From Rhina ancylostomus (lineage: Eukaryota), in assembly GCA_030265395.1 (NCBI GenBank), contig JARFYF010000029.1:35682318-35746317 (forward strand): a DNA stretch of 64,000 bases, in the 5' to 3' direction. The notes under the pieces are model-generated. The model saw only the letters and a program-made list of their open reading frames with translations, made no database searches and had not been told where the DNA came from. The position numbers and the translations under genes are program-made. Of the stretch, positions 14,601 to 26,600 are shown piece by piece; position 1 is the stretch's first letter; the number at the start of each line of letters is the position of its first letter.

Positions 14601-17600
14601 CTCTTAAACCCGATATTGCAATCCCAATTTTTTATCCTGTCTTAATTTATTAAATAATGCCTTAATGAATGGGATTGTGCTTAAAAACANNNNNNNNNNN
14701 NNNNNNNNNNNNNNNNNNNNNNNNNNNNNNNNNNNNNNNNNNNNNNNNNNNNNNNNNNNNNNNNNNNNNNNNNNNNNNNNNNNNNNNNNNNNNNNNNNNN
14801 NNNNNNNNNNNNNNNNNNNNNNNNNNNNNNNNNNNNNNNAAAATCCAGATCAGGGTCTTAGAACACAAACAATCATGACTTCAATCCATGTCTGGGCATT
14901 ATGCTGCTTCTGCTAACACGGCAGCCATTATCATGTTATCTTCAGTCAACTTCTATAGAACAAGCAACAAATGATGCATTGAACAATCCAGCTTATTGGC
15001 CAATAAAAGCTCCTAAATGTTTATCCAATTTGAATCATTGTTAATATAGGAGTCTTTGTTGAACTTTTAAATAATATTCTTTCATGTTGTAAATCTGGTG
15101 GTGTTGTACTTGTATGAGAGGATATGATGCTGAATACTGATTGGAATTAATGACAAGCTCAAGTATATGCATACGGATGATTGAGATAATTTTAACTTCA
15201 TAAAAAGTGACTGGTAGTATACTTGCTCCCTACTGGTGCTTATTATTGGAACAGTAGCAATCTGCAGGTTGCCTTTTTTACTTTCACACAGGCTGCATAA
15301 ACAGTGCTGCTCATTGAGGTAGATTTCTTTTCCCAAGAGCTGTATTTAGAACCGACTGCAAATGCAGAAACTAAACAATTCAATAATCTCTCAGGTTAAC
15401 ATTAAGTACCACTGCTGCTTTCACTGTAGAGGACAGTGCCGAGTTACATACTGACAGGCCTTTGTATCCTCTGCTGCTTCCTGATGCTTACCAGGATCAG
15501 TACAATCTAATAATGAATTTTCTGCGCACCGAGCAAAGTAGATTATCATATATTCCATAATGACCTTTTGTACCATTTTTATTCCATGGTATTGCCAGTC
15601 ATTTAATGCCTCACAGGGTTTTTCCACTTGTAGGTAATAATATGCCTTCCCAAATGTGAAGTTATTAGTTGGCAGTGTGTGGGGTTCAACAATGAAATTT
15701 AAAGAACTGCTTTAAATTCACTCAGGACTTAAGTTCCCACGCAATTAATAGGATATTGTATTCATGGCTTTAAGTTCCAGGTATTCTTCACTCATATAAT
15801 TGACTCTTACAACCCCTTGGTGCCTGCACCATTTATAAATCCAGCTTCTGTGTGCCTATTAAGCAACTGCTCTAACTGCCTGCAGTTAGTCAGAAATCCT
15901 TCATTTTAGTCATTTTATTAGCACAATGTTTAGTTTCACCCTTCACTGGGACTGCTTATAAACCCTTACCCACCCCCACAACTTCCACATGTGCCCTTTC
16001 TCAGGATGGCTGACATTTGGAGGTAGCTTCTAAGTTCCATCGATTGTGGTGCAAGACTATTGCATGGGCTCATAATTTTCTTGTTATTACTTAAATTGTA
16101 AAACCATTGAATGAATCATAAGTTGAATCTTTCATTATTCATGGATACTGCAAGGAACTTTACATAGTCTGACATTTGCGTCATTGGTTGCTCTTTGAGT
16201 CCTCTTACTGCAGTAATAACTTGTAGCAAATTTAGTATTGCAAAAGGTCCAAACGTGATTTGCAGAAATGTAATCCAATAAAAATTGACACCGAGCAAAA
16301 GAAGAAAATATTAGAAGAGATGAACAGATGTTGACCAAGAGGAGGAGGGAGGGACGTGGAAATGCTTGGGAATAGAATTTCAGACTTTGGCAGTGGTGGG
16401 TGAGATGGAATGGGTGATGCACAAAAGGGACAGAATTGGACTACCAGAGTTCTCTAAGGGTCTGGTATTGTAAGAGATATGAAGAGTTGGGAAGGGTTAG
16501 GGCCATGAAGGATTGAGGGACAGGCTTTTGCTGGAACATTATCTAATTAAGTAATTTGTACAGGAATTAACCGCACCCTCCAGCTGGAATCTAGACTGGC
16601 ATAATTAACTCAGCCTCATGCTGTGTTCTCCCTTCTCACAGACAATGTCTCAACTCCCTTCAGTATCCCTCTCCTGTGGTTTGGTGAAGGCCAACTATCA
16701 CTGAATGTGGACACCGGAAATGCATTGTGCTGCTCCGTTCACAGTACACCAAAAAAAACAAACCACTGAATTACACTGGAAATAATTTACATGTCCACTA
16801 TAAAGCAAATCTTTACTCAGTTACCTAATGGTGATCTAACCATTGTTAAATATCATTAATGTAGCAAATATTACAAGCAGAAATATGTAGTTGTGTTACA
16901 TTGGTTTATTTCTAGTATGAGGCTAATTGTAACTCACATAAAACTTGTTCATTTTGAAGTATAAATCAGATTGTATGGACTTTCAAGGCACTCCTCTAAT
17001 ATCTTTTACTTTTGTCCATTCCAAAATGTTGCTGTGAAATCTAAGTCCAAATGTTAATGGTTTAAATGTTTATATAGGATACTGTCTATGAAGATTCAAC
17101 AGACCATGTGGCATGCATTTGCCCTTTACCAGCATGATTTTCTGTCAAACATCTTTGATGTATATCTTTATGATCCAGTGACAGTGATGTCATTAAGCTC
17201 GCTGAACCACCAATCAAATAGAAAAATTCTCAAAGACAGCAAACCAGCCGATAAAATCCTGATGAAGATTCAACAATCTGAAACATTAACTCTGCTTCTC
17301 TCTGCAAAGATGCTGACTGACTGAAGTAATTCCATAATTTCCTTTTATTAAAGTTAAAACCTCTAGCTTTCTCAACATTTTTTAACCTTTCACAATATGA
17401 AATAAAAATTAGGACATTAAAAAAAGGGGTAGAATGCAAAATATTTTAAACCAAATAAAATGAATGCCATGGTATTTTGAAATATTATTCTGAATAACTA
17501 AAGTCGACACACACATGAAAACAATTTTTCAGAACCAGAGAGATTCATAGATTTATTGAGTTATAAGCACAGAAACAGGCCTTTCAACCCTTCTCGTCTG

Positions 17601-20600
17601 TGTTGACCAAGATACCTATCTAAACTAATTCCATTTGCTTGTATTTGGCTCACAACCCTTTAAACCTTTTCAATCCATGTACCAGTCCCAATGTTTTTGT
17701 TTAAATGTTTTAATTGTACCTGTCTCCACCACCTACTCCAGCAGGTCATTCCATATACTCACCATCCTCTGTGTGAAAAACTTAACCCTCAGATTCCCTT
17801 TAAATCTCCCCCCTCTCACTTTAAACCCATGCCTCTAGTTTTAGTCCCCTAGCCTGGGAAAAAGACTCTGACTATCTATCCTATCTGTGCCTCTCCTAGT
17901 TCTATGAACCCCTATAAGGTCAGCCCTCAGCCTCCTTCACTCCAGGGAAAACAGTCCCAGCCTATTCAATCACTCCTTATAACTCAAGCCCTTCAGTGCA
18001 GGCAATATCCTTGTTCTTCATCCTTCATTCTTCACTATTAAAAACCTCAGTTTGAAAAGGAATAACATTTTTAATGGTAGAATAGCATGTTCAAGAATGA
18101 AGTTAATGCCAAATCAGTGTAAATTACCTCAACAGAGAAAACAACAGCTTACCCTGTGAAGGAGCACTGACAGCAACTTCTAGATTTATGTGTTAAATTG
18201 CACATGTATGAACATGAGAAATGCTGTCAGCTTTATGAAGCTGTGACTGCAAATGTGAACAGCTCATTATCCCTCAATTGTAAATTCCAAGTCAATTTTG
18301 TAGTAACACATTAGCTATTCAACTTCTCACTTAGACATGAAACTGGAAATGTGTATCATTGAAACAGTTTGATTTTCATTTGCAATGACCTGAAATGAAA
18401 ATCACATGGTTTCTATCAAAGGAAGGCAATGTGCAGTATTAGGTTTATCTTGCAACTTCAAGGTTAAAATGCAACTTGAAATATTTACCATGAAAATTTA
18501 GCTTAAAATACATCTGCAAATGTAAATTTTGTGCATTGAGTACAAATTATATTACATGCACCTTTATACAAGAATAAATGCCTTGAAAATAAAAAAAACT
18601 GCAGATGCTGAGAATCTGAAATAAAAACAGAAAATGCTGAAAACAGTCAGCAGATTAGACAGTATCTGGGGAAAGAGAAAAAGAGTTAACATTGCAGGTC
18701 GGAAAATATACAAAGTTGAAATTTGCAAATCTGTTTACTGCTACAGACTCTGGATGTTGAAATGATTGAAGCTTTCAGAACAGAAAGCAGTAGAATTTTG
18801 TTAATTAAGGTACAAATTGTAACATGTAGGCAGAAAAAGATAGCAAAATGTAGCGGTGGCACAAATCAGCTGGGATCTAATTAAATGGCCGAGTAGTCCA
18901 AAGGGGCTAAATAGACTATGACTTGTGCTGTACTTCTTTCCTATAATTAGTAATGATAGTGAGCACGGATTAGAAGCATTGTTGCTAAACACTAACCTTC
19001 ACAGTAGGCTTCATCATCACGGAGAGGTGTGAAGCCAATTTTACATCTACAAGTAGCACCAGCTTCCAAGTTTACACATTCAGAATCCTCAATGCAATTG
19101 GAGCTCTCAGCGCAAAAGTCATAGCCTAGAATGAGAAGGAGTAAATGAATGGAGTGACTTTAGTAAGGAAACTCCAGGTGTAATCTAATCAGAGAGGCAT
19201 GCAGTCTTCTTGATCTTCAGTATTTATTTATAAATAATCTAAGTGCTTAAGAATTCACTTGATGATAGATAGCGTCACTTCGCCTGAATTTTGTATGTAG
19301 GATTTTTCTTATTTCGTATACTACGATAGGTCCCGCTTGACATAATACCTTGATCCATTAGTTCCTGTAATCTAAGTCCATACATCAAGGAGTGAAAATT
19401 CATTCAGTCGCGTTCAAGGGTAAGGCATTAGTATTCTTAAAGGACGGTTCCAGTTTTCTACAGGCTTTATTAGTCGGATATTAGAATTACTTATTTATTG
19501 TCTTATTCAATTTTCCATGGAAATTCTTTTTTGTGAAACCAATTTACAGAGCCTATCAGCAGTTGACAGTAACAAATATAACAGGAAATAACAGTGACGA
19601 ATATTCCACCTCTCACTGTCAAGACAGGAATCCAATAAATGAAGAGAGTCTGACCTTTCCTTACAAGAGAGCACATTCTGAGAAAAGTGGGCGGAATATT
19701 CTACCAACCAGTTCCCTTCAATTATTTCATCATTTCCCAATTTATTATTTCAATTATTTAGGAATAATGGACTTGAAATTTCATGGAATTTTGCACCACT
19801 AGACTAATCTATATTAAGAAAAAGATCTGTGGGGTAAGTTCTTTTACACAGAGAGTGGTGGATGCCTGGAATGTGCTGCCAGGGGTAGTAGTGCAGGCAA
19901 ATACGACAGAGGCATTTAAACGGCTCTTACAAGGGCACATTAATTTGTAGCGAACAGAGGGATATGGACATTGTGTAGGCAGAAGGGATTAGTTCAGTTA
20001 GGTATCTAATTACTAGTTTAATTAGTTAGCCATAACACTGTGGGCTGAAGATCCTGTTCTTGTGCTGTACTATCCAATGTTCTAATAATTTGCTAAATGA
20101 GAGAGATCCTTCAACAGTTCTGTACCTTCATAAGTTTGCTGGATCATTTGTGTCACTCTGCCTTTAACCAAAATTAAGTGGTTCTTACTGTGATTCTTCC
20201 CTTGAACTTATGGTAACTTTGAAACCAATAGCCTTGTTTTAACCAAATTAAATTGTTGGACCCAATCCCTCGTATGGTGTAATTTGGATAATGACTATGT
20301 TAGGTTTGTACTTGTGTCTAAGGTTTTCATTCTTTGGCTGAGCAAGTGGGTTCCCAGTCCTCTTGACATGGTGCTTATTAACCAGTAAGTAAAAAATGCC
20401 AGGTTGATTCAACTTTGAACATTTTCTCTCTTGGGCTAAGGAAAATAGTGTACTTCTATTCTACACATCTCTCTGAGTGACAAGGGTCAGAGAGGAAGGT
20501 ACAGCCTTGGCCTGTAGCTCTACATCATGGCACAAAACTGAAAAATGACAGTTTTGCAAATGGACATGTGCTTTACTACTCAAATTTTAATTTCCACATG

Positions 20601-23600
20601 GAATAGAGGTAGTTGGTCCACTGAAGATTTGTACCAAGCAGGAACAAAACAGACAACATATGTGTCACAGTAAATAAAATATACATATTGTATTAGAAGC
20701 AGTTGTTCATATTTGCCCTTTCTGAAAATTAATTGAAACATCTGACTGGAAAGATTTGATCATTCAATTTCTACATTTATATGTGGTACAGCAATCTTGA
20801 GTTGAATTTGACCTAAGTCCTAAGATTGTTACCTCTGCAAATCTTACAGCAGCTGTCTGTTAACGAAATTTGATTCAATGGTGAACAAGGCAGCAATGGA
20901 CACCTTGGATATGTAATACGCTGCATGGATTTGTCCTGTCAAATAATAGAGAAGATGTTAAGTAACTCCACTTAATAAACACCACTTTGTCCTTCTAGAG
21001 CTGTGTTTTAAAAAAATAATTATTACTCCTTACAGCAAACAAGTACTATTATAAATAAATTTGATACATTAGTTTTATTATGAAAGATAATCATTTAAAT
21101 TTTGCACCTTAAAAGGATTCCATGTTTATGTATTACAATTGTAGATTTCAACACACATCTAACCCTCCGAGCTACATACGTTCTAGAGTATTGAACACTA
21201 GTTTCACAGCTTTCCCCCCTCCCCAACCACGACAACCCCATACCTCACATCCACCAGCAACAAAATGGTCAGTTAATTGACGTTAATGGATCCAGAGTTG
21301 TGAAACTAAACACAAGCACCAAATGATGCACTTTATTCAAGCAAACAAAGTTGCAATTGTCTTCACTTCAAATCTCTTTAGGAAAAACTGTTGTAAGCAT
21401 CACCATCAAAATACTACTGCTACTCCCTTTTAATCAGAAAATATCTGGAAGATGTATTCCTTTGGTTCTTTTAGTTGGAAAGTCATATTCTATTAGTTGG
21501 ATACAGGTTACATTTCACTTTGGGAGGAAAATAGATTAAGCCCCTACCAGCAATGCAACCATGAGCTTTTTGTTCAATGAACATGAGCTGCATTGAAATC
21601 AAAGGATACTCTTTATCACCTGGGCGGAGATCAGGCACTGTGGATCAGGCCACCTTTATAGAAAAAGGCCCATTTTCATTTCTGTCAGTTTTTGAGGGTT
21701 TCCATTTGGACAATTGATCTTTGAAGCTTCTTTGTCCTTATTCAAACAGCAAGCTGTAAACATTCGCTCTGCACTGCCATGACCCCAAACCTCCATTAAA
21801 TTCTTGTGAAAGGTCAACATAACAAAACATTACTCCAGCAATAGTTCAGAACTAGTGAAGGACTTCGCTTGGTACTGCCATTTTAAGTAATAAGCAGAAG
21901 TTTAAATGAGAGATGAATGATTGTTAATCTCCATTCAGTAAGGAATGGGGCTGAACATTTGTTGCCTGAAAAATATTGAGAAAGACTATACAACACAGGG
22001 AGATGTTATTTACACTTTGGTATTTATCTCCGGTTATCCCCCTCATTCACTCCCTCTGACTCTTATCTCTCTGTTTTAGAGGATAGGAAGATCACAAACT
22101 AAGTACAAGTAATGCTTGGAGACAATCAATATTTTACTCTTCAATGGTAACATCAGGGTGCTTGTATAATGGTTAGATTAGTGTACTATCATGCAGGGGA
22201 CTAGACTATTGATCTGAATTCTGCAATGACAGCTGAGAATTTAAATTAACACAATTAAACAAAGAGCATTAGAATTGTTTTAAAAACCAATTGGCTTGCT
22301 AATGTACTTTGGGAAAGGAAACCTGCCTTCCTTACCCAGTCTGGTCATGTGCGACTTTAGGACCTCCACAATATGGTTGGCTCAGAAATGTCTTGACATC
22401 CTACTCAGTTCAGGGGGTAATTAAGAACAGATGGCAAATTCTGCCTTGCCGGCAACATCCACATCTTGTGAATCAATAACTAAATGCTCTGGTGTATTGT
22501 TGGAGCTGGTTAATGATCATCAATTAAAAAACATAATTACAGAGCAATGTTCATGGTGCTGCAGGTAGAACAAAAGCTTGGTTCTTTTTAATTACCAGTT
22601 TTTCTTATAGATAACCCTCCCATTGTAGTACAATTCTACAAATATGCTTAAATAATTTAGAACCCTCTGAGTGTACAAACAAATAGAGAGTGGAAAATCA
22701 TTTCACACAACCAGCAAACATATTTGCCACCTGTCTGATTTATGTTGGAACATCTTGCCTGGTGGGTCTCCTGCAAAGCAGCTGAAATTTTAGAATCAAA
22801 GAAACTCTGATTTCTAATCTGTTCCCTTAGGAATTTCTAATTAGTGGCAGAGTGGGAGAAGTTTAAAATGAAAATTTTTACTTTAATTTGTGTTTTGCTA
22901 CCCAACTTCATACAAAAACAAGAACTTTGGAGTAAAAGGGCAGAAATATTGCTGTAACAATTACTATTTTAAAATGGTATTTACTGGTAGCTAGAATTAA
23001 CAGTCCAATGAACTTGGATTACCTAGGGTGTCTGATTGTTAACAAGTACTGAACATCAGCAGAAATCATACAATATAAGCTGTATATTTAGCAGCTACTA
23101 TCAAGTGATCCTTGGGAACATCACTGAATTTATAACACTTATTTTCATATTAATCTGACTGAAGCTGAAGACGTCTGATATCAATGAACACTTTCTCATT
23201 TACACTGATGGTTATGTTTGACTGACTATTTGGTTGGTTGCAGCACAAGATTGATAGATTGAACAATGGAAACGCGAGTCTGAGTCTTTACCCAACTTCC
23301 CCAACTCTTCTTCATCACCCCGTTCTATCCTTGTTTTTGTTTGATTTGGTAAGAAAAAAAAATCAGTGAAGACTGGAGATTCTCAGCAGGTCACTGAACA
23401 GAGTCAACTTGACAAAAGTTGATACCCTTAAAACATAAAGACAAGTAACTGGAGCAGGAAATCGTCCTTGGCCCATGTTTTAAACATGTAATGTAAGAGT
23501 GCAAATGAATTGAACTCTGCTTTTGAAATTTGCTTCTTCTGGTTTCAACAAATTTCAGAACTTTGGTGCAGTGCATATATATTACTGTATATATTTAGCA

Positions 23601-26600
23601 CATAAAATTGAAGATGAATTGAAGATGAAGGGCTTTGAAGTGTAGAACTTCATCTTTAGTAGCATGTAGTAAAACACACAGCATTCGGCTTCCAAAACTT
23701 GGCTCCACTGACATCAATGAAAAGAAACTTTGAAAGCACATGGCCAAGTTTCTATCAACTGTTTACCACATGCCATGAGGGAGAAATTTCTACCCTTGAG
23801 TCCAATGATCTCACCAAGACCAGGAAGATCACACGTGCATCATCGACAACAAAGCTCCCTCCAAATCAGACACCATTCTATTCAGGACATACATATATTG
23901 CTGGTTCAGAACCCTAGGACCGTGTACCAAACTTGATCAGTACCATAAACACACGGGCCAAGGAGAAAGACCCACATCACTTCTGTAAAACAAGGGATAA
24001 GAAATAAAAGTCTCAGAGTCATCCCCTTCCTAAAAATAAACAAAAGGAATAATTTGAAAATAAGAACAAAGTATAGATTTGACATTACATTCCAAACCTT
24101 CAGTCAGAAAGATGTGAACGTGTATGACATTAAAGCAGTTCCTACCTTACACTCCAATAGATAACATTCTCCTGATGCTTTCCATTCTGTCATCCTTTGT
24201 CCATTGTAGTAAAATTTGTTGCCAAGGACACATACAGCTGATAACAAAAGCACAATGTTTCATATCTTAATGCTTTGTTCAATGAAGCAAATGCTATTTT
24301 TAAGTAAAGTGAAAAAAATACTACAAAAATACCATCTGACATACAAGCAACACCACCAATACTCTTCCACTGTAAAGTAATTGATTTTAACATTTACTTC
24401 TGACTCACTCTAGGGCAGAGCCATCCTCCATTACCTTGTCCAAGGGATCATAACCTGTCTGAGCTGAATGGTTTTGGCTTTGTGAAACTTTATAATAAAT
24501 GATGTTTAAAAACTGAAATCAAAATGACATTTTGAACAAAATACAGATTATTTTTGCATGTTCAAACCTTGAAAACCTTAAGAACATCACTCAATCTTTA
24601 CCTGCAAAGGTAGAAATGACTGCCAGTCATTGAAAACCTCACACCCTAACATTTTATTGAAGGACACATCAAGGCAATTTATCTCCATGCTCCTGACAGA
24701 TGTACAGTAAACAAGAAAAGAAAATGCTGGAAAGACTCAACAGGTCAGGAGGCAGCTGTGGAGAGAGAAGGAAAGTTAACTTTTCAGGAAATTTGACCTG
24801 ACCTGCTCTTTCCAGGATTTTCTATTTTTGTTTCAGATCTTCTGCATGTTCAGTTTTCTTTATTTTCTTTTAAATCTGTATAGTAAATATAGCTTTGTGA
24901 CCCTAGTAAAAAAAGTCCATTGTATTGTACAATCTGCAATAAGCAAACCCCCACCTACTCAAATCTATGCATAGTGTCAAGACAAGTTTTCTGCTTTCAA
25001 TATAGGGCATTTTTATACTTCTAAATCCAATTATTAAAGAGAAAAAGTAGGCTCCACCAACACAACAGTAAGTAGCCTGTTTAAAAACTTATTGGATAAA
25101 TTCAGTGGTACTTCAACCTGATAAAGCTAATGTGGTGGACATCTATGTGGATTCATTACTGCTGCTTGACAGCACCATCCAATCAATGCCCCCCAAATGG
25201 ATTTTAGATGTCTCAAGGAGTTCTGCTGATTGCCCCAGGTGACCTGTACAAACATATATTGAAACTGGAACAAAATACCCTTTCTTATGAAAGAAGCAAT
25301 CTATTACTAGATGTTCAATTGCAAAATGCTAGGGGAAGTTTCAGCATTCTGCAACTGAAAATCATTTTTNNNNNNNNNNNNNNNNNNNNNNNNNNNNNNN
25401 NNNNNNNNNNNNNNNNNNNNNNNNNNNNNNNNNNNNNNNNNNNNNNNNNNNNNNNNNNNNNNNNNNNNNNNNNNNNNNNNNNNNNNNNNNNNNNNNNNNN
25501 NNNNNNNNNNNNNNNNNNNNNNNNNNNNNNNNNNNNNNNNNNNNNNNNNNNNNNNNNNNNNNNNNNNNNNNNNNNNNNNNNNNNNNNNNNNNNNNNNNNN
25601 NNNNNNNNNNNNNNNNNNNNNNNNNNNNNNNNNNNNNNNNNNNNNNNNNNNNNNNNNNNNNNNNNNNNNNNNNNNNNNNNNNNNNNNNNNNNNNNNNNNN
25701 NNNNNNNNNNNNNNNNNNNNNNNNNNNNNNNNNNNNNNNNNNNNNNNNNNNNNNAGGCAAGCGCAACATTTCTGGGTCATTTCTCTTCACTCCAGACATT
25801 TGACCAGGCACTTGTGTTTTTGAGACATCTCTGCACTCCTGGTGCAATGATTCCTCCTGGGATTATGTTATTTCCTATGCAACTCTTCTTCTGGAGTAAT
25901 GTGGGTGAACATTGACCACATAGTCTTGGGACAAATCATTGTGGACATTTCTGAGACATCCTGGTCTTCCTGGTGTAAGCTAGACAAGGCATCTGTCAAG
26001 TGCATTAATCACCTTCATCCCCAACCTCCATATCATGCATGTGAACTTGAACTTCCTCCCTCCATCCTGCCTCCTGCCACATAAGTAAAACACTGATCCT
26101 ATATGCCATCTAAATATCATTATAGGCTCCCAAGTCCCAAGACTAATTTTTCTTCCAAAGCATACCCCATGCAAGCATCCATCACTATTGGACTCTGACA
26201 TTTTGTTTTCTAAACTCCAATCTCCCACCCACAGATCACAAACCCCTCCATCCTCCATCCAGCCATGTCATAGGCCTCCAATGTCTCATGCTACACCATC
26301 ACTTTCCCCCACTCCTTACCCCAACACCTGCACCAACAAAGCATCCATCACTGGCAGGCTCCAATTATTTCTTTATGAGAACCTTCATCCACCATTATCA
26401 CTGCTGGACACTGTCATTCCCCCTCTCCCCCAGCCACACCATTGGCATAAGTGGACCTGTAACCAGTAGCCTTGATGACTCATGGATCCATTCTCCGAAC
26501 AGAGCAACAGTAAGCCTCAGGTCTACAACAGGGAGCCATCCAACTAGTGCACACTTTTGTGCTCTCAAGTTTCCAGCTTACTTTTTACTTTCTTATCAAA

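Noticed and set aside
23699-23995. Coding-like composition with short ORFs
   Set aside because: No recognisable homology or splice structure; probably a decayed retroelement fragment.
25208-25915. Long ORFs in the supplied track (also 45015-45958 and 41831-42293)
   Set aside because: They are open only because they run through N gaps or microsatellites.
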